Shown: piece by piece, positions 1-10,450 of the stretch
Numbering within the stretch: position 1 is the first letter of the stretch
How the letters are laid out: every line of letters starts with the position of its first letter
DNA from: a virus
Virus record (IMG/VR): IMGVR_UViG_3300045256_000567
Direction: 5' to 3' (one strand)
DNA: 64,000 nt
Program-made: the position numbers and the translations under genes
Notes under the pieces: generated by a model
Databases searched by the model: none
The model's input: the letters and a program-made list of their open reading frames with translations, nothing else
What the model was told of the DNA's origin: nothing

Positions 1-824
1 ATGTAAGTTCTTACAAAAATACTGGATATACTCCATATGTTAAGGATTTTCAAGATGGCGGCTCAACTGCTTTTCACTCAATTGACGCAAATAACGTTAC
101 AATGATTAACACCCCAGGAAGTTTGGATGGTATATATACATATGAAGGCGATTTATATAATAATTTATATAATGCATCGGTGACTAATAGGTATTTCTAT
201 ATACCTCTTTGGCCCCTAATTAATAAAGACGCATCTGTTCCGTCTGATCTTAGAAATGCTATAGATAACTTTAATAAGTTATACATAGCATCTATAGAGC
301 AAGTATATCCAGACAGAGGAGTAAGTCTAGGGGCACCTTCTTTAGGTGGCGGTGGATATTGGGTTTATTTTTATAACCCTCTTCCAAGTCTTGCTAAATT
401 AACTAATGTTGGAAATTTCTCATCAGGTGGGGTTTCTGATTATGAAATAAACTATCAATTTAACACCGCATATTTAAGCCCTGGAGGAGACGGAGCATTA
501 TATAAAATAGATACAGACTGTAATATAATTGTAGGAAGTGATAAAAAATCTAGACTTTTATATCCGACAAACGGATTTGCTGTGCCATATTCTACTTCAA
601 AATACACAGAAACAAGCTCAAATAGAATTGAACTACATCTAAGACCATTACTTAGATTTGATATAGGCGGTGGTACAGTTAGAGATGTTTCATTATATAC
701 TGGAATAAGCGTAGTATATGCAATACAATACGGTACATCAAATAATGATGTAATACAAGTACCACCAATATATAATGCTTGCCCACCGAATAACTTTATG
801 TTTAATGTTTTTAGAAATGTTTAA
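1..824 (+). CDS. C-terminal part of a probable virion structural (tail fibre/baseplate-associated) protein, truncated by the window start
   Basis: The frame of ORF 102..824 stays open back to position 3, so the true start lies upstream. The protein is G/S/T/N/Y-rich, as is typical of tail proteins. Confidence 0.5.
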   Translation, partial: VSSYKNTGYTPYVKDFQDGGSTAFHSIDANNVTMINTPGSLDGIYTYEGDLYNNLYNASVTNRYFYIPLWPLINKDASVPSDLRNAIDNFNKLYIASIEQVYPDRGVSLGAPSLGGGGYWVYFYNPLPSLAKLTNVGNFSSGGVSDYEINYQFNTAYLSPGGDGALYKIDTDCNIIVGSDKKSRLLYPTNGFAVPYSTSKYTETSSNRIELHLRPLLRFDIGGGTVRDVSLYTGISVVYAIQYGTSNNDVIQVPPIYNACPPNNFMFNVFRNV

Positions 825-866
825 AAATAGTTACTCAAAAAATTTTTGTAAAATACTTTACACACC

Positions 867-1646
867 ATGTCAGTTTGTTATATAACACAACAAGAAATTT
901 ATAACTCATCTATTTTTAACGATAGATTAGACGTTCTACTAGCAGAATCTTCATTAACTTTAGAACAAGATTTAAATTTTATAAGAAGCGTTATTCTAGA
1001 TGTTTTTGGACAAGATAAACAAGACCCAAATGTTAAATGGTATAAAGTTCCTTTTTACAATTTAACATTTATTTATAATAGCTATCTTCAATTAAAATCA
1101 GATTTTGAAGTTGAACATTACTCGACAGATAATGATCCCGCGAATCATGGAAAACATAAAAATGTTACTGCAACAGGAAATTTAGATGTTTATGGTACTG
1201 GTATTGTTAGACAAAACTTTACTGTTTTAACTAGCCTTTCCGTAGGAACAGATGCTACTATAACTAATAATATAAATGCAGGTGGTAATGGAAATATAGG
1301 GTTGGATTTATCGGTTGGTAGAGATTTAAATGTAGGTAGAAATTCTTCGTTACAAGGAACATTAACTGTTTCTGGAGTAACAAATTTAAATAACAATACA
1401 AATGTAACCGGTACTTTATCAGTTAATGGACCAATAAATGGAAGTTCTACATTAACTATAACTGGAAATATAAATGGAAACAGCAATTTAAATATATCAG
1501 GAGACTCAACAATAAATGGAAATTTATCAGTTTTAGGTACGTCAAATTTAAATAATTTAAATGTAAGTAATACAGCAAACTTTAATGGAAATGTTGTAAT
1601 GCAAACAAATCCATATATAATATTTAATCAAATATCTAGCTTCTAG
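867..1646 (+). CDS. Putative tail-fibre-related protein with beta-helix-like repeats
   Basis: Tandem G-N/T-L-x-V-x-G repeats (GTLTVSG, GTLSVNG, GNLSVLG) in the C-terminal half. Confidence 0.55.
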   Translation: MSVCYITQQEIYNSSIFNDRLDVLLAESSLTLEQDLNFIRSVILDVFGQDKQDPNVKWYKVPFYNLTFIYNSYLQLKSDFEVEHYSTDNDPANHGKHKNVTATGNLDVYGTGIVRQNFTVLTSLSVGTDATITNNINAGGNGNIGLDLSVGRDLNVGRNSSLQGTLTVSGVTNLNNNTNVTGTLSVNGPINGSSTLTITGNINGNSNLNISGDSTINGNLSVLGTSNLNNLNVSNTANFNGNVVMQTNPYIIFNQISSF

Positions 1647-1650
1647 AATT

Positions 1651-2220
1651 ATGTTAGAAATCAAAAATAAAAAAATATTAGAATATATAAAAGAAAAATT
1701 ATCTATAAATATTGATAAGTTTTCTAGAACTTTCTCATATGAAGACAGATGGTTATATAGTGATGGTATCATCCTACCACATTTAAGACAAGATGATAAT
1801 AATTTCTACTCGTTTGTTGATGAAAAAATTATAACTACTGATAAAGATTTAAAAAACGGAAAAATTTATTTTATTGGGGAACCAGAAGGTGTTTTTAAAA
1901 ATTCAAAACAAGAATTATTTCTTCTTAGACTTGCAAAAGAATTTTGTTATGTAAACTACGCCATAGTATTAAAAAATAAAGAATTTTATGGAGTTTTCAT
2001 AGCAGACGATGAATGCTATATAGCTAATCAAATTGTGAGATTTTTTTATGAGGATTATAAACTCACTAAAAATGCCCTAAAAATACTAAAAGATGATATA
2101 CATAATTTAGATTTATTCAAACAAAAACTAATCCATATCATTAAGTTATCAATAGATGACATGAACGAAGATCTTACTGAAAAAATCTATAGTTTATTAA
2201 AAAATATAGCTAATGCCTAG
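1651..2220 (+). CDS. Hypothetical protein
   Basis: 189-aa ORF tightly packed between its neighbours. Confidence 0.7.
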   Translation: MLEIKNKKILEYIKEKLSINIDKFSRTFSYEDRWLYSDGIILPHLRQDDNNFYSFVDEKIITTDKDLKNGKIYFIGEPEGVFKNSKQELFLLRLAKEFCYVNYAIVLKNKEFYGVFIADDECYIANQIVRFFYEDYKLTKNALKILKDDIHNLDLFKQKLIHIIKLSIDDMNEDLTEKIYSLLKNIANA

Positions 2221-2704
2221 ATGGAATTCTTTACAAATAGTTAACACATATATACAGAGAGACAATGTACTTTCTGTATTCGATCCATATAAGGGACAAC
2301 TAAACTTTAAAAATCAGCAACAAACTTTACCCAATGATATCAGACTAAATTATGATGGAGATATAGATTTTAATGATAGTGATTTAATTTTTGTATATAA
2401 CTTAGAAGCTTTTGTGCAAAGATTATATTTTTATTTAATAACCCCTAGAGGAACATTACCAGGATTTCCAAATTTTGGTACAAATATTGAATTTTTTATT
2501 GGAAAAATGAATAATCAAATAGATTTAAATGCTCTAGTTAGACTGATGAATAGTAATTTGGAAGAATTTGAAGACATTGAATACGTAAATGATATAACAG
2601 CTTCTTTAATAAGAGAAAATCAATCTTATTACATAAAAATTAATTTGGATATTAAGCCTAGAAATTTTGAATATAAACTAATACTTGATATGCAGGTTTT
2701 TTAA
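2213..2704 (+). CDS. Baseplate wedge protein, gp25/GPW-like
   Basis: Motif DGDIDF..NLEAFVQRL...LITPRGTLPGFPNFGT is typical of the gp25 family. Confidence 0.75.
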   Translation: MPRWNSLQIVNTYIQRDNVLSVFDPYKGQLNFKNQQQTLPNDIRLNYDGDIDFNDSDLIFVYNLEAFVQRLYFYLITPRGTLPGFPNFGTNIEFFIGKMNNQIDLNALVRLMNSNLEEFEDIEYVNDITASLIRENQSYYIKINLDIKPRNFEYKLILDMQVF

Positions 2705-3078
2705 TTTCTTTTGCAAGTATCTAAAGTTTCTGAAAGAAAAAAGTTTTCTGTTTTTGTTTTTGTTTCTACGGCAAGCCAAAAAATTTCATCTGATATTTTT
2801 TCTTTTTTGACAAATTTAAAAATTGCCCCCCCATCATACCAAGAAAAAGTATCACCTTCGTTTAAGCACTCAAAACCCTCATAAGGAAATTCAATAAACT
2901 TTCTATTATTTTCTATATCAAATTCTTTCATTTTATTTATAATAAATCTTCTTAGAGTAGAATAAGGTAAATTAAATTGTTGAGATAATTCAAAATAATT
3001 TGTGCTTTTATTTTGAACGTACAATTCAAATGCCTTTTCTAGTAAGATAATTTTATCTTTTGAAATTTTTCTCGGCAT
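2701..3078 (-). CDS. Helix-turn-helix DNA-binding protein (start probably at MPRKISK, 3078)
   Basis: KAFELY...ELSQQFNLPYSTLRRFI is HTH-like. Starting at 3078 reduces the overlap with the upstream gene. Confidence 0.55.
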   Translation of the reverse strand: MPRKISKDKIILLEKAFELYVQNKSTNYFELSQQFNLPYSTLRRFIINKMKEFDIENNRKFIEFPYEGFECLNEGDTFSWYDGGAIFKFVKKEKISDEIFWLAVETKTKTENFFLSETLDTCKRN

Positions 3079-3658
3079 AAGATTCGAATTCTTTTGGGTT
3101 AAGTGTTTGTATATCATCATCAAGTTTTAAGAATTTAGTTTTATCTCCATAATTATTAATTATGAAGAATATTTTGTTAATTAATCTGTTTTTTTCCTTT
3201 TCTCTATTTAATGTTGCTTCTATTTCTTTGTTTTTTATTGGAAATGATTCTTGTGATTTATTTTCCCCATTGTTAAATTCATACTTTTCGCATAAAGAAT
3301 TTTTTTCTATATAATCGTTGAATTCTGTAAAATATAAAGTTTTTACTTTATCAGGTAAACTGTCAAATGTTTTAGTATTCTTACAGTGAGTATAAAAATA
3401 TGATTTATTTTGCAAAAAGTTTGTTTCATTGTTTTTTGTTGAATCAATATTTTCATTTTTTATATTATTGTTGACTTTATTTTCTTGATTAGAATTATTG
3501 TCTTTAACAGAATCGTTTTTAGGTTGTTCTTCAGCTTTGCTGTTTATTATAGCGCCATCACTTTTATGTTGAACATTTAAGTCTTTAAATATTGAAAAAA
3601 GCTTTAGTAAAGAAAATATTAATGCAACAATTTGTCCTATAATATTAATTATTAACAT
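3053..3658 (-). CDS. Hypothetical protein with N-terminal hydrophobic (membrane) segment
   Basis: MLIINIIGQIVALIFSLLKLFSIF followed by an N-rich linker; TGATATAAT lies 9 nt upstream of the ATG. Confidence 0.65.
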   Translation of the reverse strand: MLIINIIGQIVALIFSLLKLFSIFKDLNVQHKSDGAIINSKAEEQPKNDSVKDNNSNQENKVNNNIKNENIDSTKNNETNFLQNKSYFYTHCKNTKTFDSLPDKVKTLYFTEFNDYIEKNSLCEKYEFNNGENKSQESFPIKNKEIEATLNREKEKNRLINKIFFIINNYGDKTKFLKLDDDIQTLNPKEFESYAEKNFKR

Positions 3659-3683
3659 ATATATTTAATTATATCAAAAAATT

Positions 3684-3986
3684 TTGTTTTTTTGCAAACT
3701 GTTCTATAATAAAGTAGTGGAAAAACCAATAAAAGTTTTTTATATAGATAGTATAATAAGCAACAAAAAAAGAATAAAATATGTTGCTTTAGAAGGTCTT
3801 TGTGCTGATATAGAAAATGAATATGTAATAAAGTGCAGGGATGATATAGAAAGCATAATGAATTATAAAGATCATGTAATATCAAGCCCATTTACTCCAG
3901 ATAAAACAATTTTAGAGTTTTTAAAAAAATTAAAAATTTTGAGAGAAGGGTTTGATGATAAAGAAATAATTGAAAAATTTATTTAA
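3684..3986 (+). CDS. Hypothetical protein (start uncertain)
   Basis: 100-aa ORF filling the gap before the terminase genes. Confidence 0.5.
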   Translation: MFFCKLFYNKVVEKPIKVFYIDSIISNKKRIKYVALEGLCADIENEYVIKCRDDIESIMNYKDHVISSPFTPDKTILEFLKKLKILREGFDDKEIIEKFI

Positions 3987-3999
3987 AAAATTGTTTTTA

Positions 4000-4008
4000 T
4001 GTTAAAAT
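4000..4008 (+). promoter_or_regulatory. Extended -10 promoter (TGTTAAAAT) for a leaderless terminase operon transcript
   Basis: TGnTAAAAT lies 6 nt before the GTG start at 4015, and there is no Shine-Dalgarno sequence. Confidence 0.6.
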
Positions 4009-4014
4009 TATAAT

Positions 4015-4800
4015 GTGGACAAAATTAATCTAGCTGAATTTAAATCTTTAGATAAAGAAAATCTAAAAGAATCTATATTAGAGTTTTCATCTTTAGAAGA
4101 AACACAAAAAAGGCATAGATCTCTTTCACAAAAAGATATAATTACTCTTGTTTTAGAAGATTATACAATAAATAACTTAAGCATATCAGAAATATCAAAA
4201 AGACACTCTGTTTCTACTAGTATAATACATAAGCTGTTAACAGATTTTTATCTTTGGTATTTTGATGATGACAAATTACAAGAACTTATATTCGTAGAAC
4301 CTAGTTCTCATTTAGGAGTTTTATATTCTTTTTTTAATTCTGTGTCTCTTCTTTCCAAAGAAATCGCCTTTAACGCAGCATTTTCTAAAAAATTAAGAGA
4401 AGAAATTGCTAAGTCTCTAACAGAAAATGGTTTAGATAAAACTATAGATAATAAAAAATTAATGTATGCTTGGAGAGATAGTATAAGAAGAAATGAAATT
4501 TTGCTAAAATTGGCTGTAGAACAAACAAATGCATATTTATCTTTAATGGAGAAGGTTCTTGATAAGCAAAGAGAAGTAGCTTTTGTAAAAGCTATTTACG
4601 AAATTATGACAGATCTAGATCCTTCTGTTGCTGTAAAATTGTATGAAAAGCTAAATCAAGATGAATATGCAAGAGCATTATTAGAATCAACATCTTTAGA
4701 TGATTTTGTAAATTTTGTTGTTCAGGTAGCTAAAAGAAAAAATAAAATTCTTGAAGACAGAAAGGAGATCATAGATATAGATGTCAAAGAAACAGAATAA
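4015..4800 (+). CDS. Probable terminase small subunit
   Basis: N-terminal HTH (LSISEISKRHSVSTSIIHK) and helical body; overlaps the start of the large terminase. Confidence 0.55.
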   Translation: MDKINLAEFKSLDKENLKESILEFSSLEETQKRHRSLSQKDIITLVLEDYTINNLSISEISKRHSVSTSIIHKLLTDFYLWYFDDDKLQELIFVEPSSHLGVLYSFFNSVSLLSKEIAFNAAFSKKLREEIAKSLTENGLDKTIDNKKLMYAWRDSIRRNEILLKLAVEQTNAYLSLMEKVLDKQREVAFVKAIYEIMTDLDPSVAVKLYEKLNQDEYARALLESTSLDDFVNFVVQVAKRKNKILEDRKEIIDIDVKETE

Positions 4801-6643
4801 TAATTTAGACTTGGTAAACGATCTAAAGTCTATTTTAGAAAGAAAAACTTATGAAGCAGTAGATAATTCTGTATTACCGGGGTCCTCATTATATGAGGTA
4901 GAGCCTGTAGATATTTTAACTTTTGTTGAAAGTAAAGATTATTTAGGAATAAATCTTTATGGTCTTTCAAATCCGCAAAGAAAAGTATTAGAAATAGCCG
5001 ATAATTTTGAAAATTTAATAAATTATATAATACTTTGGGTAGGAAAGGGTGGCGGAAAAGATTTTATTACAAGAGTAATTTTTATGAGGCTTGTTTATAA
5101 ATTGCTTTGTATGAGAAATCCTCACAAATTCTTTGGTATACCTAGTTCCGAAATAATAACATTTCTTAATGTTGCTGCTTCTGCTGACCAAGCAACATCT
5201 GTATTTTTTGATCCTCTAAAAAATTATATAAGAAGTGCAGGATCTAAAGCATTTTTACAATTTGGATTTGACCCCTCTAAGGATATAAAAGATAGGTATA
5301 TAGTATTTCCAAAAAATATTCATCTTGTTTCTGGTCACAGTGAATCTGATTCTCTAGAAGGTAAAAATATTTTAGTTGGTGTAGTAGACGAAATTGATGC
5401 AGATACTTTTAGAAATCCCGATAAGATGTGGACTATGCTTCGCTCGTCATCTCGATCAAGATTTAATGGTAAAGAAAAAATTTTTGCTATTTCTTATATG
5501 CGTTATTCTGGTTCTAATGGAATGATAAAAAAGCTTCATAATGATTATGAAAAAGATAAAAATGCCTTTGTTGCAAAATACCCGACTTGGGAATTCAATC
5601 CAAGAAATGATATTACAAAAGATACCTTTAGAACTGAATTTGAAAGAAATCCAGTAGAAGCGGAAACAATTTATGCCTGTAATCCTCCTGAACAAGCTAT
5701 TGATGCTTGGTTTAAAGATGTAGATAGGTTAAAAAAAGCTCTAAAGTCTCAAGAATTTCATCCTCTTGATTTTTCTCTACCTTCTGATGATTTTTATAAA
5801 AACCCTAAAAGCGAGTCAATTACATACAAAAACGGAGAATATATAACATTAAATCCATATGATCTTCCATTTAAACAAAATTTTGTCGGCAAAGAAGGAG
5901 TTGATTATGTTTTAGTAGCAGACCCAGGTTTAGGAAGAGTATCTACAGAAGGGGATGCTTACGCAATTGCTTTAGGTCACCGTGAATACTATTATTCAAG
6001 AGAAGGAAAACTTATAAATAGACCAGTAATAGATTTCGTTTTTAGATTTACTGGATATATGTTTAGCGAAGAAGAAATTCAAATATCAGCAGTACATAAT
6101 TTAATAGAAAAACTAACAGATAAACTAAATTTTAAAATAAAGTATTTTTTCTTTGATATTTACAATTCTGCGTCCACCGCCCAATGGTTGCAAAGGAAAT
6201 ATACTGACTCAAAGGTTATATATAACAAATATGTTACTTATGAAAACTACTCTTTATTAAGAGAAAGAATTTTTGGGGAAGCAGCGTCAGTTTCTGGAGA
6301 TAAATTAGATAATGGAGGAATTAGTTTATACTATCACCCAATACTTTATTGGGAAATGATAAATTTAATAGAAGATAGAGAAAAGAAAAAGGTTGACCAC
6401 AAACCTGATACATCAAAAGATATGGCCGATACAGTTGCAATATTGACAAATTTGCTAGTAAATTTGCCTTTGAACACAATTTCAATAGTAGGAGCACCAA
6501 GAGGATTAATTAACGATATATCTAACCCAAATAATATATCTTTAACTAAATTTTTGTCTTCAGAATTAAATCAAATTGTAAAAGAGGAGGAATCCAAGTT
6601 TGCAAAAAAACTATTTGGAACAACATCAGTGACTGAGAATTAA
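4781..6643 (+). CDS. terL: Terminase large subunit
   Basis: Walker A-like WVGKGGGKD, Walker B VGVVDEID, nuclease acidic motifs LVADPG..GDAYA and C-terminal DHKPDTSKDMAD. Confidence 0.9.
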   Translation: MSKKQNNNLDLVNDLKSILERKTYEAVDNSVLPGSSLYEVEPVDILTFVESKDYLGINLYGLSNPQRKVLEIADNFENLINYIILWVGKGGGKDFITRVIFMRLVYKLLCMRNPHKFFGIPSSEIITFLNVAASADQATSVFFDPLKNYIRSAGSKAFLQFGFDPSKDIKDRYIVFPKNIHLVSGHSESDSLEGKNILVGVVDEIDADTFRNPDKMWTMLRSSSRSRFNGKEKIFAISYMRYSGSNGMIKKLHNDYEKDKNAFVAKYPTWEFNPRNDITKDTFRTEFERNPVEAETIYACNPPEQAIDAWFKDVDRLKKALKSQEFHPLDFSLPSDDFYKNPKSESITYKNGEYITLNPYDLPFKQNFVGKEGVDYVLVADPGLGRVSTEGDAYAIALGHREYYYSREGKLINRPVIDFVFRFTGYMFSEEEIQISAVHNLIEKLTDKLNFKIKYFFFDIYNSASTAQWLQRKYTDSKVIYNKYVTYENYSLLRERIFGEAASVSGDKLDNGGISLYYHPILYWEMINLIEDREKKKVDHKPDTSKDMADTVAILTNLLVNLPLNTISIVGAPRGLINDISNPNNISLTKFLSSELNQIVKEEESKFAKKLFGTTSVTEN

Positions 6644-6937
6644 TTTTTCTCGCAAAAACTTTTCTAAAATATCAGAATAAAAAGTTTCCTTTCCATTTGT
6701 CGTTACTATAGTAATCTTATTTTTATTATTTAATTCTTCATTTATTTTGTCTTTTATTTTTTCAAAAGCCGCCTCTAATAACTGTAAAAAATCATTTTCT
6801 AACGGTTCTTTTTTATATAAATTTCTTAAATGTGACCCAAGAGTATTTTTGTTATTTAAAAGACCGCCAAAAGAAGATAAATTAAAGTTAATGCTAGACT
6901 TGTTAGTCTCACTATTTATAGTTATTTCATTTTCCAT
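6626..6937 (-). CDS. Hypothetical protein
   Basis: 103-aa ORF at the end of the minus-strand structural operon. Confidence 0.6.
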   Translation of the reverse strand: MENEITINSETNKSSINFNLSSFGGLLNNKNTLGSHLRNLYKKEPLENDFLQLLEAAFEKIKDKINEELNNKNKITIVTTNGKETFYSDILEKFLREKLILSH

Positions 6938-6970
6938 ATTTTTATCGAGGTTTTAGAAAACCAAAACAAA

Positions 6971-7741
6971 CTACTTTCTATTAACGTAAGTATAACCAAA
7001 GCTAGGACCAGTCTCAAAGTACTCGCTAATAGATTGGAACCACCCTGTTCTAGGTAATGGTTTTGCTACAGCAGTAATATCCTCCATAATTATAGCATTA
7101 TCAGCAGAGAATGCAACATTGAAGTCTCTTATCATAGCAACATACAATCCAGTATTTCTGCTAATTTGATCTATAATTTTATCCTTTAGCGCGACAATAA
7201 ACAAAAATGGGGGTACAAAAGTTTCATTATATTCAAATTCTCTGGAAGAAATAAAACTAGTAACAGTAGAGTCATTTAAAAAATCCGTAGGAATTTCTAC
7301 AGGTCCGCCTAAAGATCTTAGTGAATATCTTCTTACCCCACTAACACTTCCGCTTTCATAAAAATATGTTTTAGGGTTATATGCAACTAATGCGTTAAGG
7401 CTGAAGGTACCACTTTTAAAAGATTGTAACAATATAGTTGCTCTATCCATTGAAATAGTACCTTCATAGAATCCAGGAACAAAAATAGGTGCAGGATTTC
7501 CTATAACAGTTGTACTTCTTGATCCAAAAGACTCGCTAATTCTTAAATTTGTAGCAAGTCCGATTTTTTCTACTTCAGCTTTATAATTTCTTCCTTCTGG
7601 ATCTGAAAAATCTATCTTTTGATTATTTAAAAAATCAGGGGTATCAGTTCCATATTCTCCTTTTGTATTAGTGTTATTCTGTGTTTTAACTCCAATTATA
7701 TATAACTCTGCAAATTGTGATGTTTTAATAGGAACTGCCAT
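6971..7741 (-). CDS. Tail tube-like protein
   Basis: IGLATNLRISESFGSRSTTVIGNP...YEGTISMDR resembles SPO1/Twort-type tube proteins; lies downstream of the sheath; AGGAGG RBS. Confidence 0.7.
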   Translation of the reverse strand: MAVPIKTSQFAELYIIGVKTQNNTNTKGEYGTDTPDFLNNQKIDFSDPEGRNYKAEVEKIGLATNLRISESFGSRSTTVIGNPAPIFVPGFYEGTISMDRATILLQSFKSGTFSLNALVAYNPKTYFYESGSVSGVRRYSLRSLGGPVEIPTDFLNDSTVTSFISSREFEYNETFVPPFLFIVALKDKIIDQISRNTGLYVAMIRDFNVAFSADNAIIMEDITAVAKPLPRTGWFQSISEYFETGPSFGYTYVNRK

Positions 7742-7752
7742 ATATCCTCCTG

Positions 7753-8409
7753 TTAAGGTTTAACTATCTCTTTCAGGGTTTCTGCTAATACTTTTAGTAG
7801 CCCTCGTATGTTTACAAGCTTACCGGTTCCTCTTACATCAGTCATTATCATAGTGTCTGTTCCGCTTATTCTGATTGAATACTCTGCTGGCATAAATGCA
7901 AACAAACTTCTTTGTATTAGTCTTGTTGCAGCATTACGTGGGTCAGGAGGAAATTCTACAGAAGTTATATATAAAAATGTATAAAATGGATAATCTAAAA
8001 CCATTCTAGCTTTTGGTATGTTATTAAAAAAGCTTTCTACAGTATTTTGAATTTTTGGAACATACCAATAATCAGGTAATGTAGTGAAATCCCTTACAGA
8101 TAGAGTATCTAATGTCATTCTTGACATTGATATAGTTGCAGAATAATTATTTGGCACCACGATAGGGTTAGTTGGTTCGCCAATCCCCCATATTGGTCTG
8201 GATTCATAACTTTCACTTACTGAAACATCATTTGCAAGTCCAACCGTTTTGAACAGTTTAAAATTATCCGATAGTGCTCCATAGATAAGTTCAGGATTAC
8301 TTAGAATATTAACTATATTATTTAAAGCGTCCTCTATGGAGCTATTTTCTAATAAAGTATTAAAACTTAATGTTTTAATGCTAGCGTATGGACTAAATCT
8401 TGGTGTCAT
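7753..8409 (-). CDS. Tail tube-like protein (paralog of 6971..7741)
   Basis: VGLANDVSVSESYESRPIWGIGEP...YSATISMSR aligns with the neighbouring gene; immediately follows the sheath. Confidence 0.7.
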   Translation of the reverse strand: MTPRFSPYASIKTLSFNTLLENSSIEDALNNIVNILSNPELIYGALSDNFKLFKTVGLANDVSVSESYESRPIWGIGEPTNPIVVPNNYSATISMSRMTLDTLSVRDFTTLPDYWYVPKIQNTVESFFNNIPKARMVLDYPFYTFLYITSVEFPPDPRNAATRLIQRSLFAFMPAEYSIRISGTDTMIMTDVRGTGKLVNIRGLLKVLAETLKEIVKP

Positions 8410-8426
8410 GTTTCCTCCATATTATT

Positions 8427-10382
8427 TTACGCTAGATCAAAGGAAACCTTCATAGTAGCAAGAATAAATTTAATTTCGGTTACAGGCTGATAGAAGAATT
8501 CTACATAATATACTGTTAAATCATCATTATGAGTTACGGTAACATCTCTAAATGCAGATATTTGCTGACCAGTAAGCCCAGATAGTAAGGTTTCTACATA
8601 TCCTTTTATTTCGTTAGCAGTTCTTTGTCCATAGCTTTCTCTACCAATAAATTGTTCTTGTACATTCTTATAAACATATACATTCAAGAAGTCGTCAATT
8701 CTACGTAACACCATTTCTTGGAAACCTTGTGTAACAGGACCAAGCCAAGAAGTTGGGTTATGATGAATTCTATAAACTGTTGCACCAAATGAATTCTTAA
8801 CTTTTTCTACAAATAAAATTCTATTAGATATTAGAGTATCTTTTTGAGAAAAGTTCCAATTATATAATGGATCTGCTCCAAGTCCACCAACTGGAAGGAA
8901 AGTTATACTTTCTTGTGGCTCTCTGTTGCAATGTAGGCCCGCAATGTAAGAAGCAAAAAACTCTCCTCCAAGGAGTTCGGTTGTTCCTGAATCATTTAAC
9001 ACAGATGAGTAAAATGGAAATATAATAACTTGCGCTCTATCGGTTCCACCAAATAATGAAGAAGCAGTGTTAAGCACTCCTTTATCATTTAGATATTCGT
9101 CAGTATTAACGCTTTCATTTGGAGATGGCGCGGGGAATCCAAAAATTCCGATTCTTGGCTTTCTTTTATTTACTTGGGACATTGTAGTTATATGAGCCAA
9201 GATGTAAGAAGAAATATTTTTAAAGAAGCTAATTCTAGTATTTATATTATCTTCTTTCTTAAATCTATACGCAGGTACAACAAAGTTAATTTCTTCTTCT
9301 TCTAAAGCACTGAGTCCGGTTAACCAGGAAGAAATAGAATTAGCTGTCGTTGTATAATATCCAGTACCATCGTCCCCATTAGATCCTCCACTTAGCGAGA
9401 AAACTCTAGTTGTTAAAATATAACTGTTAAAAGGTTGTGTCAGAGTTCTTATTGTGTATTGGGATTTTATAAATAGATTAGTTGTACTTAGATCTGTAAA
9501 GGTTTTATAATTTGTTCCATCAAAGAAAGTAGCAACAGTATTATCAAATAGTAATGGGTTAGAAAGTAAATCGGAAACAGTTCCAAATACAGTGGATACT
9601 AATCTGGATTTTTGATATCCAAAAAGACCTCCGTATACTAATTCATAAATCATTAGTCCTAGGGGTATTTGTACAGGAACATCTGGATCGTTATAGTTAG
9701 TACGTGTACTAAATATTTGTACATAATCAGTTGGTAAAAGTTGATCTTTTAGTAGATTTATTAAAGTAGTTTGCCAACTGCTTCCAGTAGCTAACGCTGC
9801 ACTAACAATAGCCTTATCTACAAAGAAAAGAGTTTGGTTTCTCTTTACTAAAACGGTTGGGTAATTGAATGTTAAAGGAAATGAATAAACTTCTTTAGTA
9901 AGCGAAAAATCCGGATGTTTTTGATATATTGTAACAATAAGCGTATCGTCGTTTGGACTGCTTGTAAAATTAGTATCTAGTTCAAAAGAAATATAAATTT
10001 GATTAGATTTGTTAGATTTTTCGTAAGATGTAAACAATAATTTATTTGTGTTTGTTGTATCCGTAGCATCTACTTGTACTGGAATTTGTATATATGATTC
10101 AGCGGCACCTAGTCCTATTCTTATAGCAGCTACTTCACCAGCACCACCTATAAAGGCTGCTTTAATATGATCTAGAAGTGGGCCTCCTTTTAGTATAGAA
10201 GCAGCTTCTTGATAAGAAGTAAATTTGTAAACTTTATTAAGTTCTCCACCTTCCGCTAATCCCAATAAAGCAGTGATTCCTGTTCCAACTCCATTTATAG
10301 TTCTAACCGCACTTAGGTCTGTTTTTACATAAGTACCTAGTTGTTTAATTAATTTTCCATCAAAGTATACTGTTACCGCCAT
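8427..10382 (-). CDS. Contractile tail sheath protein
   Basis: N-terminal ALLGLAEGGELNKVY; C-terminal RRIDDF...FIGR...VEFFYQPVTEIKFI sheath signature; AAGGAGG RBS. Confidence 0.9.
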   Translation of the reverse strand: MAVTVYFDGKLIKQLGTYVKTDLSAVRTINGVGTGITALLGLAEGGELNKVYKFTSYQEAASILKGGPLLDHIKAAFIGGAGEVAAIRIGLGAAESYIQIPVQVDATDTTNTNKLLFTSYEKSNKSNQIYISFELDTNFTSSPNDDTLIVTIYQKHPDFSLTKEVYSFPLTFNYPTVLVKRNQTLFFVDKAIVSAALATGSSWQTTLINLLKDQLLPTDYVQIFSTRTNYNDPDVPVQIPLGLMIYELVYGGLFGYQKSRLVSTVFGTVSDLLSNPLLFDNTVATFFDGTNYKTFTDLSTTNLFIKSQYTIRTLTQPFNSYILTTRVFSLSGGSNGDDGTGYYTTTANSISSWLTGLSALEEEEINFVVPAYRFKKEDNINTRISFFKNISSYILAHITTMSQVNKRKPRIGIFGFPAPSPNESVNTDEYLNDKGVLNTASSLFGGTDRAQVIIFPFYSSVLNDSGTTELLGGEFFASYIAGLHCNREPQESITFLPVGGLGADPLYNWNFSQKDTLISNRILFVEKVKNSFGATVYRIHHNPTSWLGPVTQGFQEMVLRRIDDFLNVYVYKNVQEQFIGRESYGQRTANEIKGYVETLLSGLTGQQISAFRDVTVTHNDDLTVYYVEFFYQPVTEIKFILATMKVSFDLA

Positions 10383-10450
10383 GTTATTACCTCCTTCTAA
10401 TATTTTAGAATGTTTGTTTGGTTTTTTTGAGCACCTAGATGTTCGATTTT

